Below are positions 53,046-62,548 of a stretch of 64,000 nucleotides of DNA, one piece after another. The DNA comes from an uncultured Methanomicrobiaceae archaeon (GTDB taxonomy: Archaea; Halobacteriota; Methanomicrobia; Methanomicrobiales; Methanoculleaceae). The notes beneath the pieces were generated by a model. It had not been told where the DNA came from. It saw nothing but the letters and a program-made list of their open reading frames with translations, and searched no databases. Within the stretch, counting starts at the first letter, position 1, and every line of letters begins with the position of its first letter. The translations under genes were made by a program, and so were the position numbers. The DNA is taken from contig CAWGXH010000005.1 in NCBI GenBank assembly GCA_963826525.1, positions 64,001-128,000 of the forward strand. The letters run 5' to 3'.

Positions 53046-54068
53046 ATGGCGGCGGAGGCAGGTGCAGAGATGCCCGCAGTGCTCTTCGAGCATGAGGTTG
53101 CCCTGATTCGAGAGGCTATCGATGCGTATACCGGCGAGAGCCCCGCTCATATTGCAGTGATTGCAGACCCTTTCGCTGGTCAGAGCATGATGATGCAGCA
53201 GATCATCAGGTTTTACCCGCACCGGGTTACCCATCTCCCCTTCTATTCGGTCGTCAGAAACACCGGTTTCCTCGATACCGTGCGCGGGACCGAGGAGATC
53301 GTGTTGATGGAGGGCTGCCACTTCCTCGCTCTCCGGCGTATCGGTGGATTCGCCATGCTCGATGCATTCCTCGAACTCCTCGCAACCTCCGGAAAACTCT
53401 TTATCACGGGGTGGAACAGCTTTGCATGGTCATACCTGAATGCCGTCACCCGTCTTGAAGAGAACTTCCCCGTTGTCATCCGGCTCCCCCGCATCGAGAA
53501 CGCGACCTTAAAGGCGATGATCCTCTCGCGATACGACCACCCCCTCCTTTTTGTGGACGATACGCCCCCGCAGGAGAAGCGCCGGGTCTCTATCGAGAGC
53601 CGACTCCTCGACCTGCCGTTCTCCGACTCGCCGGTCACGGTGCCGTGGCTGAAGATTGCTCCGCGTGCCGGCGTTTCCGGGGATGTGACGGAGACGGCCG
53701 GGGCCGCCGAGGATGCGATCTTCGACCGGATTAATCGTATCGCCCTTGGCAACTACGGTGTGGCTCTGCGCATATGGGAGCGAAGCCTCGTATCGGATAC
53801 GGTCAGGATGAGCAGTATCCCTGCAAATCCGTGCACCGTCTCCCTCACCATCGATGAGGCCTTCCTTCTTGCGGTCATTCTCTCGATGGAGTCCATCAGC
53901 TTCAGCGATCTCGAGGAGATCGCGCATACCGATATCGATGTCAGGCAGGTGCTCTACCGCCTCAGGGTTCAGGGACTGATCGAGGAGGAGCGGGACTCCT
54001 ACCGCGTCAAACCCGAGGCGCTTCACTGTGTCAGCGCCTACTTACGGAAGATCCGGATGGTGTGGTGA
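53046..54068 (+). CDS. Hypothetical degenerate AAA-like protein with C-terminal wHTH, coupled to MscS
   Basis: IAVIADPFAGQS degenerate P-loop, GN.GVAL..W, C-terminal L..L...GLI. Confidence 0.6.
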   Translation: MAAEAGAEMPAVLFEHEVALIREAIDAYTGESPAHIAVIADPFAGQSMMMQQIIRFYPHRVTHLPFYSVVRNTGFLDTVRGTEEIVLMEGCHFLALRRIGGFAMLDAFLELLATSGKLFITGWNSFAWSYLNAVTRLEENFPVVIRLPRIENATLKAMILSRYDHPLLFVDDTPPQEKRRVSIESRLLDLPFSDSPVTVPWLKIAPRAGVSGDVTETAGAAEDAIFDRINRIALGNYGVALRIWERSLVSDTVRMSSIPANPCTVSLTIDEAFLLAVILSMESISFSDLEEIAHTDIDVRQVLYRLRVQGLIEEERDSYRVKPEALHCVSAYLRKIRMVW

Positions 54069-54901
54069 TGGTCGACGGCATTCCTTCCGATATCAGCGAG
54101 CTGCCGCTGAAAGATCTCGATCTCGGGACGGCGCTCTTCATCGTCTACGTCATCGTCATCGCGTACGTGCTCGTCCGGGTTGCAACCGCTCTCCTCAAAA
54201 GGCTGGCGGACCGGCCGGGAGAACGGCGGCTCTCGGTCACCATGCTGATTCCGCTCGTCAAGATAGTCGTCTACATCGCGGTCATCATCCTCATTCTCCA
54301 GGCCGTCATCGAACCGTCGCTCTCTCAGGTCGTCGCATTTGCCGGGCTCCTTGGTGCGGGACTCGGTTTCGGATTAAAAGATGTCTTTGCCGATATCGTC
54401 GGGGGGATCGTCATCTCTTTCGAACGTCCCTACCAGATCGGCGACAAGATCTCGATTCGGGGCAACTATGGGGAGGTGGTGGATATCGGCCTTCGTTCGA
54501 CCCGTATTATCACTCCCGACGACTCATCGGTCTCCATTCCGAATTTCGTCATCTTCAGCGAGGCAACTTCGAGCAGCAACGCAGGCAAGGCCGAGATGAT
54601 GGTCGTGGTCGACGTATACATCGACCACCGGAGCGACGCGGCCGCTGCCATGGCGATCCTCAAAGATGCCGTGAGAACCTCGAAGTATGTCTTCATCTCC
54701 CCGTCGCGCCCGTATACGGTTCTCCTCGAAGATTTTCCCTTCTACAAGCGCGTCCGTGCAAAAGCCTATGTCAGTGATCTCCGCTACGAGTTCGAATTTT
54801 CATCCGAAGTGACCCGGCGTGCCTGGACGGAGATGAAACGGCAGGGGATCGCCCCGCCGGAGGTGCTCCCCGGCGGGCTTCTGCCTCGCGGGCAGGAGTA
54901 A
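54062..54901 (+). CDS. mscS: Small-conductance mechanosensitive channel
   Basis: GLGFGLKD...GG....ERPYQIGD, G.V.DIGLRST, IPN. Confidence 0.9.
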   Translation: MVMVDGIPSDISELPLKDLDLGTALFIVYVIVIAYVLVRVATALLKRLADRPGERRLSVTMLIPLVKIVVYIAVIILILQAVIEPSLSQVVAFAGLLGAGLGFGLKDVFADIVGGIVISFERPYQIGDKISIRGNYGEVVDIGLRSTRIITPDDSSVSIPNFVIFSEATSSSNAGKAEMMVVVDVYIDHRSDAAAAMAILKDAVRTSKYVFISPSRPYTVLLEDFPFYKRVRAKAYVSDLRYEFEFSSEVTRRAWTEMKRQGIAPPEVLPGGLLPRGQE

Positions 54902-55199
54902 GGTGCTCGGGCTGCCCGTGCACAATCCTCTTATCTCCCTGCTCCGAGATCTTCTGTATGACTGAGTATGCCCCCGGCATCGTCGGTGAAGTCTCCTTCT
55001 CACGTCAGGAACGTGCCTACTACGTCGAACTCTTCGACGCAGCGGGAAACTCGATCGGAAAAACCGGCCTGTACCCGTCGGAGATGAAAGCGCGAGAGGC
55101 GGCACGGAAACTTGCTGAAAAGCATCACGGCCGGTAAGCTTTGCTGCATCACTGTTTAAAAACATTTTTCCGTCCTCCGAAGAACGATATCGGTACTCC

Positions 55200-56027
55200 A
55201 TGAGATACGTCACCAAGATGAACGGGAGTCTGCAGCCCTTCGACCGGGAGAGGGTGAAACGAACCGTCAGAAATCTGGGAGTGTCGCCCGAACACCTCGA
55301 GCAGATCGCCGATGAGATCGAGGAGCAGGTCTACGACGGGATTCCGACCTCCACGCTGATGAAGATGATCCGGGCACGTGCCAGAGTATTCCGGCCGGCC
55401 GTCGCCTATCGGACCAATCTTCGCCGGGCGCTTGCCCTATTGAGCCCGAAGCCCGACTTCGAGGTGTACGTGCAGGCGCTGCTCCGGGACCACGGCTACG
55501 AGGTGGAGTCTGCCTGCATTCTTGCGGGACGGTGTGGCGAACACGAGGTAGACGCCATCGCACGGAAGAACGGCGTCGTGTACTTCGTCGAGGTGAAGCA
55601 CCACTTCAATCATCACCGGATGACGGGGCTTGATGAAGGAAGGATTGCACGGGCGATCATTGAGGATGTTCAGGAAGGGTATCGCCGTGGGGAGAACTCG
55701 CTTTGGGTCGATACCGCTCTGATCGTCTGCAACACCAAGCTCTCCGAACATGCGAAACGCTATGCGACATGCTGGGGGATCGAACACATCGGATGGGACT
55801 ATCCGCTCGATCGGAATATCAGGACAATGATCGAGGAGACGGGTTCCTATCCGGTTACCATCATCTCCGGGATGGCGCCGGCAGTCCGGAAACGGCTGAC
55901 TGCCGCCGGAATTCTCACGGTCAGAGACCTGCTCGCTATGGACCGGGCAACGCTCGTAGAGACTGCGGGGATATCGGAGCATACGGCAGATACCCTGATC
56001 GAACGAGGCGAAGCACTCCTCTCCTGA
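55200..56027 (+). CDS. ATP-cone + Mrr-like PD-(D/E)xK nuclease + HhH protein
   Basis: YVTK.NG..QPFD.E.V..T ATP-cone; FE.YV..L, HEVD.IA, VEVKHH; C-terminal L..AGI.TV.DL. Confidence 0.8.
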   Translation: MRYVTKMNGSLQPFDRERVKRTVRNLGVSPEHLEQIADEIEEQVYDGIPTSTLMKMIRARARVFRPAVAYRTNLRRALALLSPKPDFEVYVQALLRDHGYEVESACILAGRCGEHEVDAIARKNGVVYFVEVKHHFNHHRMTGLDEGRIARAIIEDVQEGYRRGENSLWVDTALIVCNTKLSEHAKRYATCWGIEHIGWDYPLDRNIRTMIEETGSYPVTIISGMAPAVRKRLTAAGILTVRDLLAMDRATLVETAGISEHTADTLIERGEALLS

Positions 56028-56055
56028 CCGTTCCGGGGAGACCTCTGCCCGGTCT

Positions 56056-57012
56056 TCAGCCGACCGTCACGGTGGCGATATCACTGCCCAGTAGGCGGAG
56101 TTGTTCGTCTGTCGGGTTGATCAGCACGATCTCGGGTGGGCTATTGAAGCGGAGATCGGTGCCGGCAAGGGTTGAACCGCCGATACCGCGGGTGATGTAG
56201 GTCGGCGGCCCATCGTTCCGGATAAGACCCCGAACCTCGATAATCTGATACTCGCTCAGCTGCTGGACAACCGGGAACATGAACTGACCGCCGTGTGTGT
56301 GGCCGGAGAGGATGAGATCGGTATCCCAGTCAGCCCTGCAGTCCGGGACGTGGATGAGATATATGGTGAAGGCATCGGTCTTCGGCACCGCCGGGGGATC
56401 CGCCATCCCCGCCCACGCGTCGTCCACGCCGACGAGCATCAGCTCCGTGCCGTTGACGTCGAGGGTCACGTACTCGTTCCGCAGAACGTGCACTCCGTTC
56501 GCATCAAGGGTCTTTGAAAGTTCGTCGGCAAAGTCTGTATCTGTCTCTTCGTCCAGCAGACAGCCGACGTCATAATTCTCTGCGGTGATCGTAAGATCGC
56601 GTACCGCCATCGTCTTCTGAAGGCCGCCGATGCCGTCGGTGCCCGCCCGGTAGTCGTGGTTGCCGAGCACGGCATAGACGGGAGCGTCGAGATCGGCCCA
56701 TACGTCTTGCATGCCGAAATCGGTCTCATCACCGTTCACAAAGTCCCCGCCTATCAAGACGAGGGAGGGATGTAATAGATTGATCCGGTCGATAACTTCC
56801 CTGACATACTCGAGATTGCCTTCCTTCAGATGGGGGTCGGAGATGAACACCACGCCTTGCGGCCCTCCATCGATAGTGAGGGCGGTTACCTCGACTTCAT
56901 GCGCTTCCCAGGTCATATATCCGAACATGGAGGAGATAAAGATGAGTGTAAATGCCCCCAGATAGGGGATATTATGCCTGCTCAGCTTCATTCCATTTGT
57001 ATCAGCTTTCAT
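56056..57012 (-). CDS. Membrane-anchored metallophosphoesterase (YkuE-like)
   Basis: SDPH, GGDF, GNHD, SGHTHGGQ, TRGIG. Confidence 0.9.
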   Translation of the reverse strand: MKADTNGMKLSRHNIPYLGAFTLIFISSMFGYMTWEAHEVEVTALTIDGGPQGVVFISDPHLKEGNLEYVREVIDRINLLHPSLVLIGGDFVNGDETDFGMQDVWADLDAPVYAVLGNHDYRAGTDGIGGLQKTMAVRDLTITAENYDVGCLLDEETDTDFADELSKTLDANGVHVLRNEYVTLDVNGTELMLVGVDDAWAGMADPPAVPKTDAFTIYLIHVPDCRADWDTDLILSGHTHGGQFMFPVVQQLSEYQIIEVRGLIRNDGPPTYITRGIGGSTLAGTDLRFNSPPEIVLINPTDEQLRLLGSDIATVTVG

Positions 57013-57018
57013 ATATAT

Positions 57019-57714
57019 TTATAATGCAGGGTGGTGCGCTATCGTGGTCACTGTTCGTGGGCAGAGGGGATGATCTCCGATTCGTCCAGGTGCTTCGAGG
57101 TATCCGCTCTCATCTGCGTACGGGGTTAATAATCTGTCTGTCACCTCCTCTTTCGAGGTGCTCCGGAGGTAGAGGTATCCGAGCGAGGCAATGAGGAGGG
57201 CTCCGGCCATATCGACGATGAGGTCCATCATGGTATCGGTATTTCCGTGCTGCAGCGACAGGCCGAAGATCTGATCGAGGACGAACTCGTAGATCTCCCA
57301 GATCGCCCCTGCTGCCATGGCAAAAAGGAAGGCAAAAAGGACGATGAATCCCCGCGTCATCTTCATCCCGAGAAAGCGGTCGGCGAGCAGAACGGCGACA
57401 AGCCCGATTAACGTGACGGTTACGGATGAGATTAAATGGGCAGCCTTGTCGTAGTATGGGGCGAAATCTACGTAGAATCCTTCGACATGGCCGGCGACGT
57501 GCATGTACAGGGAGACTGCGATGAGGAGGTTGAGTTCCCACGGAATCTGTACTTTCCCTTTCCTTGCTATGGCGTAGGGAACCAGTGTCAGGAAGAAGGC
57601 ACCGAGTGACGATACGGCAAAGATGAGGTTCCCTGCCGCGATGCTGATGCCGACGTTGAGGAGGATGAGGAGCCGGACGAAGACGGTGATATATACTCCA
57701 AGGGTTCCTCTCAT
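57019..57714 (-). CDS. Membrane protein (DUF2238-like)
   Basis: YDK.AH, WEIYEF..D, DTM.DL. Confidence 0.7.
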   Translation of the reverse strand: MRGTLGVYITVFVRLLILLNVGISIAAGNLIFAVSSLGAFFLTLVPYAIARKGKVQIPWELNLLIAVSLYMHVAGHVEGFYVDFAPYYDKAAHLISSVTVTLIGLVAVLLADRFLGMKMTRGFIVLFAFLFAMAAGAIWEIYEFVLDQIFGLSLQHGNTDTMMDLIVDMAGALLIASLGYLYLRSTSKEEVTDRLLTPYADESGYLEAPGRIGDHPLCPRTVTTIAHHPAL

Positions 57715-57951
57715 TCGTACCACAGTGTGCGGGAGGTTGAACGTTTTATGGCATAAGTGTGGTGGCACACCTGACGTCGGGGCGCTTCACGCATCACGGT
57801 GCACCATACCTGCATGACGATCTCCCGCGCCCGCGCATCACGATGCAATAGAGATTTTAGGAAAAAGATATATTCTCGTGTTTTGAACTATATGGATATT
57901 GTGCGGCGATCTTCATTTCAGGAGCACGGATGACAGGTATTCAGGAAACAG

Positions 57952-58647
57952 ATGAAGCGGCAGGAGGTCGGGGGGAGCGGTCTTGTGCGGCTCGATATGC
58001 ATGTGCACTCGGCATACTCGCTTGATTCGATGGTGAGCATCGAGGCTCTTGTCGGAGCATGGCAGAAGAACCGTGTCCTCTCCCTCGTCTGCGACCACGA
58101 CAGTATCGAGGGTTCGAGGCGGGTATACGCACGGATACGAAAGATCGACCCGGAGATCCCGCTGGTCCTCGCAGAGGAGATCACGACGGCCGAGGGCGAG
58201 ATCATCGGCGTCTTCCTCACCGACGAGATCCGTCCCGGAATGAGCGCTGCCGAGACGCTCGATACCATCCGGGACCAGGGGGCGCTCTCCATCGTCCCGC
58301 ATCCGTTCTGCACACTCCGCTCGACTGCGATCCGGCGGGAGGCGCTCTACGAGATCATCGACCGGGTCGATATCGTCGAAGGTTTCAACGCACGGAATCC
58401 CTCGCCTGCGGAGAACGACCGGGCGGCGGCCTATGCACGGGAGCTGGGTAAGCCGGTCTCGGCGGGTTCCGATGCTCACCTCCCGTATGAGCTCGCCCGC
58501 ACCTACGTCGAAGTCCCGCTCTTCGACGGCCCGAAGGATCTTCTCTCCGCTCTGGAAGGAGCCCGGGTCACGACCCGGCGAGCTCACCCGGTCAACCGGC
58601 ATCTCTCGAAGGTCGTGAGGATGGTACGGCAGGCGGCCGCCGGCTAG
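57952..58647 (+). CDS. PHP-domain phosphoesterase
   Basis: DMHVHS..S.D, CDHD, PHPF, GSDAH. Confidence 0.9.
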   Translation: MKRQEVGGSGLVRLDMHVHSAYSLDSMVSIEALVGAWQKNRVLSLVCDHDSIEGSRRVYARIRKIDPEIPLVLAEEITTAEGEIIGVFLTDEIRPGMSAAETLDTIRDQGALSIVPHPFCTLRSTAIRREALYEIIDRVDIVEGFNARNPSPAENDRAAAYARELGKPVSAGSDAHLPYELARTYVEVPLFDGPKDLLSALEGARVTTRRAHPVNRHLSKVVRMVRQAAAG

Positions 58648-60047
58648 CCTTCCCATGCTCCCTCTACTTCGCAGAGCGAGCCGCCAGGCCTCCGAGCAGC
58701 GTGGTGAGCAGGGCGAGGAGGGCAAGTGCGAGGAAGACGGTGAAGATTATTCTCATGCTCTCGATGGAGCATCGGAAAGGTCTCAGGGCCGATCGCTGAT
58801 TCCCCGAAGTACCGGGCGAAGACGGTGATGGTGATCGCCATGCTGATGGTCATCCCGAGGAGGCGCATCGTCTCGACCATGCCGGATACGGCACCGTACA
58901 TCTCCCTTCCGATGGCTCCGATGGCTGCGCTGTAGATGGGGGGCTGGAAGAAAGCGATTCCGGCAGAGAGCATCACCAGTGCGAAGAGGACGACTCCGAG
59001 GGGCGTACTCTGATTGAGGCCGGTGAGCAAGAGAAGCCCTGTGGCCGTGATGACGATACCCCCGCTCGCAACCAGGTGCGGTCGTGTCATATCCGCGAGT
59101 CTCCCCGAGAACCGCACGAGGAATGCCGTGATCAGCGTTGAGGTGAGGAGAATGAGGCCGGCCGTCTCCGGGCTCAGTCCCCGTATGTACTGCAGATACA
59201 GGCTGAAGAGGTAGATCCCGGCGAATGTGGCCGTATTGAAGATCAGCACCGAGCCTATGGTGCGCGCAAAACAGCGGTTTCGGGCAAGAAGGCGAAGATC
59301 GATGATGGGACTTCTGCTCCGGAGTTCCCAGACCGTAAAGATGCCGAGGGCGACGAGCCCGAGGAGCAGGGTGAGGATGCCGCCAGCGCCCGGGAGGAGC
59401 GAGAAACCGACCATAATGAGGAGCAGCATGGTTACGTTCAGGACGACGCCGGGCAGGTCGAGGTGTTTCCCGCTCGAGAGAGCGCACTCGCCGGTGAGTC
59501 TCGTGCGGAGGAGCCAGAGGACCAGCACCGCTATCGGAAGGGTGAAGAGGAAGATCGCTCTCCAGGAGAGGTAGGCGGTGAGGAGGCCGCCGAGCAGGAA
59601 TCCGAGGGCAAAGCCGGTATAATTCGCGGCGATGTTCGTGCCGAGGGCTGTTCCCCGCTCGGTCTCCGGCAGTACCAGGCTCAGAAGCGCGAACGACGTG
59701 CCGAAGATCATCGCCGCCCCGATGCCGGTGAGAAACCTCGCGCCTATCAGGGCAGGGGCGGAGGGTGCGGCGGCGGCAAGAAGGGCGGAGGCGAAGTAGA
59801 CTGCTATCCCGATCGTGAAGACTTTCTTGACCCCGTAAATATCGGCTATCCTCCCGAACGGTACGAGGAACATGGCAGCCGCGAGGAAGAATGCCGTCGG
59901 CACCCAGCTCAGCGTCACCGGATCGACGGCAAACTCCCTGCCGATCGTCGGGATCGCAACGATGGTCCCCGCCACCATGAAGGGGGCAAGGGACGAGGCG
60001 AGCGCCACGGTGATGAGCGTGTTCCGCCTGCCTGCAGGAGAGGTCAT
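58644..60047 (-). CDS. MFS transporter (EmrB/QacA-like, 14 TM), probable frameshift near the 3' end
   Basis: GRIADIYG.KK, WRAIF, P.IDL.L. Confidence 0.88.
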   Translation of the reverse strand: MTSPAGRRNTLITVALASSLAPFMVAGTIVAIPTIGREFAVDPVTLSWVPTAFFLAAAMFLVPFGRIADIYGVKKVFTIGIAVYFASALLAAAAPSAPALIGARFLTGIGAAMIFGTSFALLSLVLPETERGTALGTNIAANYTGFALGFLLGGLLTAYLSWRAIFLFTLPIAVLVLWLLRTRLTGECALSSGKHLDLPGVVLNVTMLLLIMVGFSLLPGAGGILTLLLGLVALGIFTVWELRSRSPIIDLRLLARNRCFARTIGSVLIFNTATFAGIYLFSLYLQYIRGLSPETAGLILLTSTLITAFLVRFSGRLADMTRPHLVASGGIVITATGLLLLTGLNQSTPLGVVLFALVMLSAGIAFFQPPIYSAAIGAIGREMYGAVSGMVETMRLLGMTISMAITITVFARYFGESAIGPETFPMLHREHENNLHRLPRTCPPRPAHHAARRPGGSLCEVEGAWEG

Positions 60048-60083
60048 CGTCACTCTCTCCGGAGCGTCTTCTATATATACTCT

Positions 60084-60790
60084 CTACCGGCGGCGCAAGC
60101 GTTCTCTGAATAGGCGGAATGCTTCGGTAATTGCCCCCCGGTCGTTCCGCACGCTCGGATACGGCGAGACGATAACGGTTCGTCCGTCGACGCTGAACGC
60201 CTGCTCGCGTTGGCGATGCGTGGCATCGGTGATCGTCCGGCAACCCCCAAGTTCGCCTGCGTAGGATTCGATGGACGCGAGTGCGTGCAGCGCCGTCGAG
60301 CCGAGCAGGCCGATCGTGCCGGGGTCGAGCCGCTCGATCTCCTGCTCGAGGATCGTCTTCGCGCTGTACTCGATCAGGGATCGCGGAATATGGGCCGGAG
60401 GTCTTTGTTGACGATGCACTTGATGGTATCCGTCAAAAAGAGGCCGCGGCGGCGGAACTCCTCCAGGCACTCGCGTTTCGTGCCGCCTCGAATCCCGAGG
60501 CCGGCAAAGATCTCCCTGCTTATCCCGGTGACGGGTGTCTGGTCTGGATTGTAAAAGTAGCGGTACCGGTCAGGATCTTCGACGCCCCGCCACGGCGGCG
60601 CCTCGGCGATGAGAAGGAGATCGGCGCCCCCTTCCGGCAGCCACCGCTCGTAGGCGGCATAGGTCTCGGAAGGAATGATGTCGAGGCGGAGGAGGGCGCG
60701 GAGATCACGGTTGTGCAGGCGCTCCTGCTCCTCGATGTATTGTTGGTAGAGTTTGCGGACGGTCCCTGCGGAAAGAGGGGTCGGGTCCAT
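60084..60790 (-). CDS. UDG-like superfamily protein, frameshift near 60375
   Basis: LLLIAEAPP, YFYN, F...G.FL.D..KC, LLG..A, PYPS. Confidence 0.6.
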
Positions 60791-60793
60791 CCC

Positions 60794-62379
60794 CTACCGC
60801 TGTCTGCCCTGCGCCGGGGTGATATCGATCTCGTGACCCCGGATGGTCCGTCCCTTCATCGTCGAAAGGACATGCTGGCCATACTCTTCCGGCACCTCGA
60901 CGAAGGAGTATCCCTCGTGAATACGGATCGCCCCGATCGCCTTGCCCGGAACATCGGTCTCCCCGGCGATGGCTCCGACGATATCGCCGGGACCGATGTT
61001 GTGGCTCCTCCCGACGTTGATGAACAGCCGGACCATCCCCGGCTCGGCGCCGGTATCGGCGATGCGGGCCTCCTGGACGGGAGCGGCTTCCTGGCGCGGT
61101 TCGAGCTCGAACTTGAGGAGTGCGGCGGCGATCTCGGTGGATGTGTACTCCTCTTCCATCACCTGCTCGATGATCCGGATGTACTTATCGATCTCTCCCT
61201 CCTGGATGCTGGCCTTGACCTTATCGAGGAAGACCCGGGTCTTCGTCTCCTCGACGTCCGTCAGGGTCGGCACCGGGATCTTGGTGATCCGGATATTCGC
61301 AAACTTCTGGATCTCGCGGAGTTTGTAGATCTCCTTCGGGGCAACGAAGGTGATTGCCATACCGGCCCTGCCTGCCCGTGCCGTCCTGCCGATGCGGTGG
61401 ACGTAGTACTCGGTATCCTGGGGGACATCGAAGTTGAAGACCACGTCCACGTTCTCGACGTCGATACCGCGTGCCGCAACGTCGGTCGCCACGAGGATAT
61501 CGATCGAACCGCCCCTGAACTTTGCCATCACGCGATCGCGCTGCGTCTGCTTCATATCGCCGTGAAGGGCTTCTGCAAAGTACCCGCGGGTCTGCAGGTG
61601 TTGAATGAGATCGTCCACCTTGCGCTTCGTATTGCAGAAGATGAGGGCGAGCTTGGGATCGTGGATGTCCATCAGCCGGGAGAGCACCTCGAGTTTGTCC
61701 CGCTCCCGCACCTCGATATAGTACTGCTCGACCTGCGGAACCGTCAACTCGCGGTGGGCGACCTGAAGGAACTCCGGGTTCGTCTGGAACCGCCGTGAGA
61801 TCTCAAGATGGGCTTTGGCATCGTCGCCGAGAAGAGCACCATCTGCCGCTTTGCCGGGGTTTCGTCAAGGATGGTCTCGATATCCTCGCGGAAGCCCATG
61901 TCGAGCATCTGGTCGGCCTCGTCGAGAACCGCGATCTTCACGTGGTTCAGCGAGAGGGTGCCGCGCTCAAGGTGGTCGATCACACGCCCCGGCGTTCCGA
62001 TGACGACCTGCACTCCCTGCCGGAGAGCCTTGAGCTGCCGCTCGATAGGCTGGCCGCCGTAGATCGGGAGGACGTTGACACCCCTCCGGTACTTCAGGAG
62101 CTTCTGGAACTCCTCGGCAACCTGGATGGCAAGCTCGCGCGTGGGACAGAGCACAATCGCCTGGACGTTACGATCGTCCACGTCCATCTTCTCGATCAGC
62201 GGCAGCCCGAATGCGGCCGTCTTGCCCGTGCCGGTCTGTGCCTGGCCGGTTACATCCCTGCCGGCAGAGATGGGGGGAATAGCGAGCGTCTGGATGGGAG
62301 TCGGTTCTTCGAATCCCATATCTTCAATAGCCTTCAATATCTCCGGTGTGAAATTAAAATCCTGAAACTGCATATGCAT
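60794..62379 (-). CDS. deaD: DEAD-box RNA helicase with DbpA RNA-binding domain, frameshift near 61800
   Basis: Q motif, AQTGTGKT, PTRELA, DEAD, SAT, HRIGRTAR, DbpA-type GDIVGAIAGE. Confidence 0.92.
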
Positions 62380-62548
62380 TCCGTACCTTTTGTGTATTTA
62401 AAGCGGTATTCTGACAGGCGATCCTCGCGTGATATGCTCCCGTATTAAAAGTGTTGCACACTCGCGAGCGATCACACAATACGTACACACAACTGAACGT
62501 TGATATTGGGCTTGCTAGGATATAAACTGTACCGATGGCGTCTCCCGT

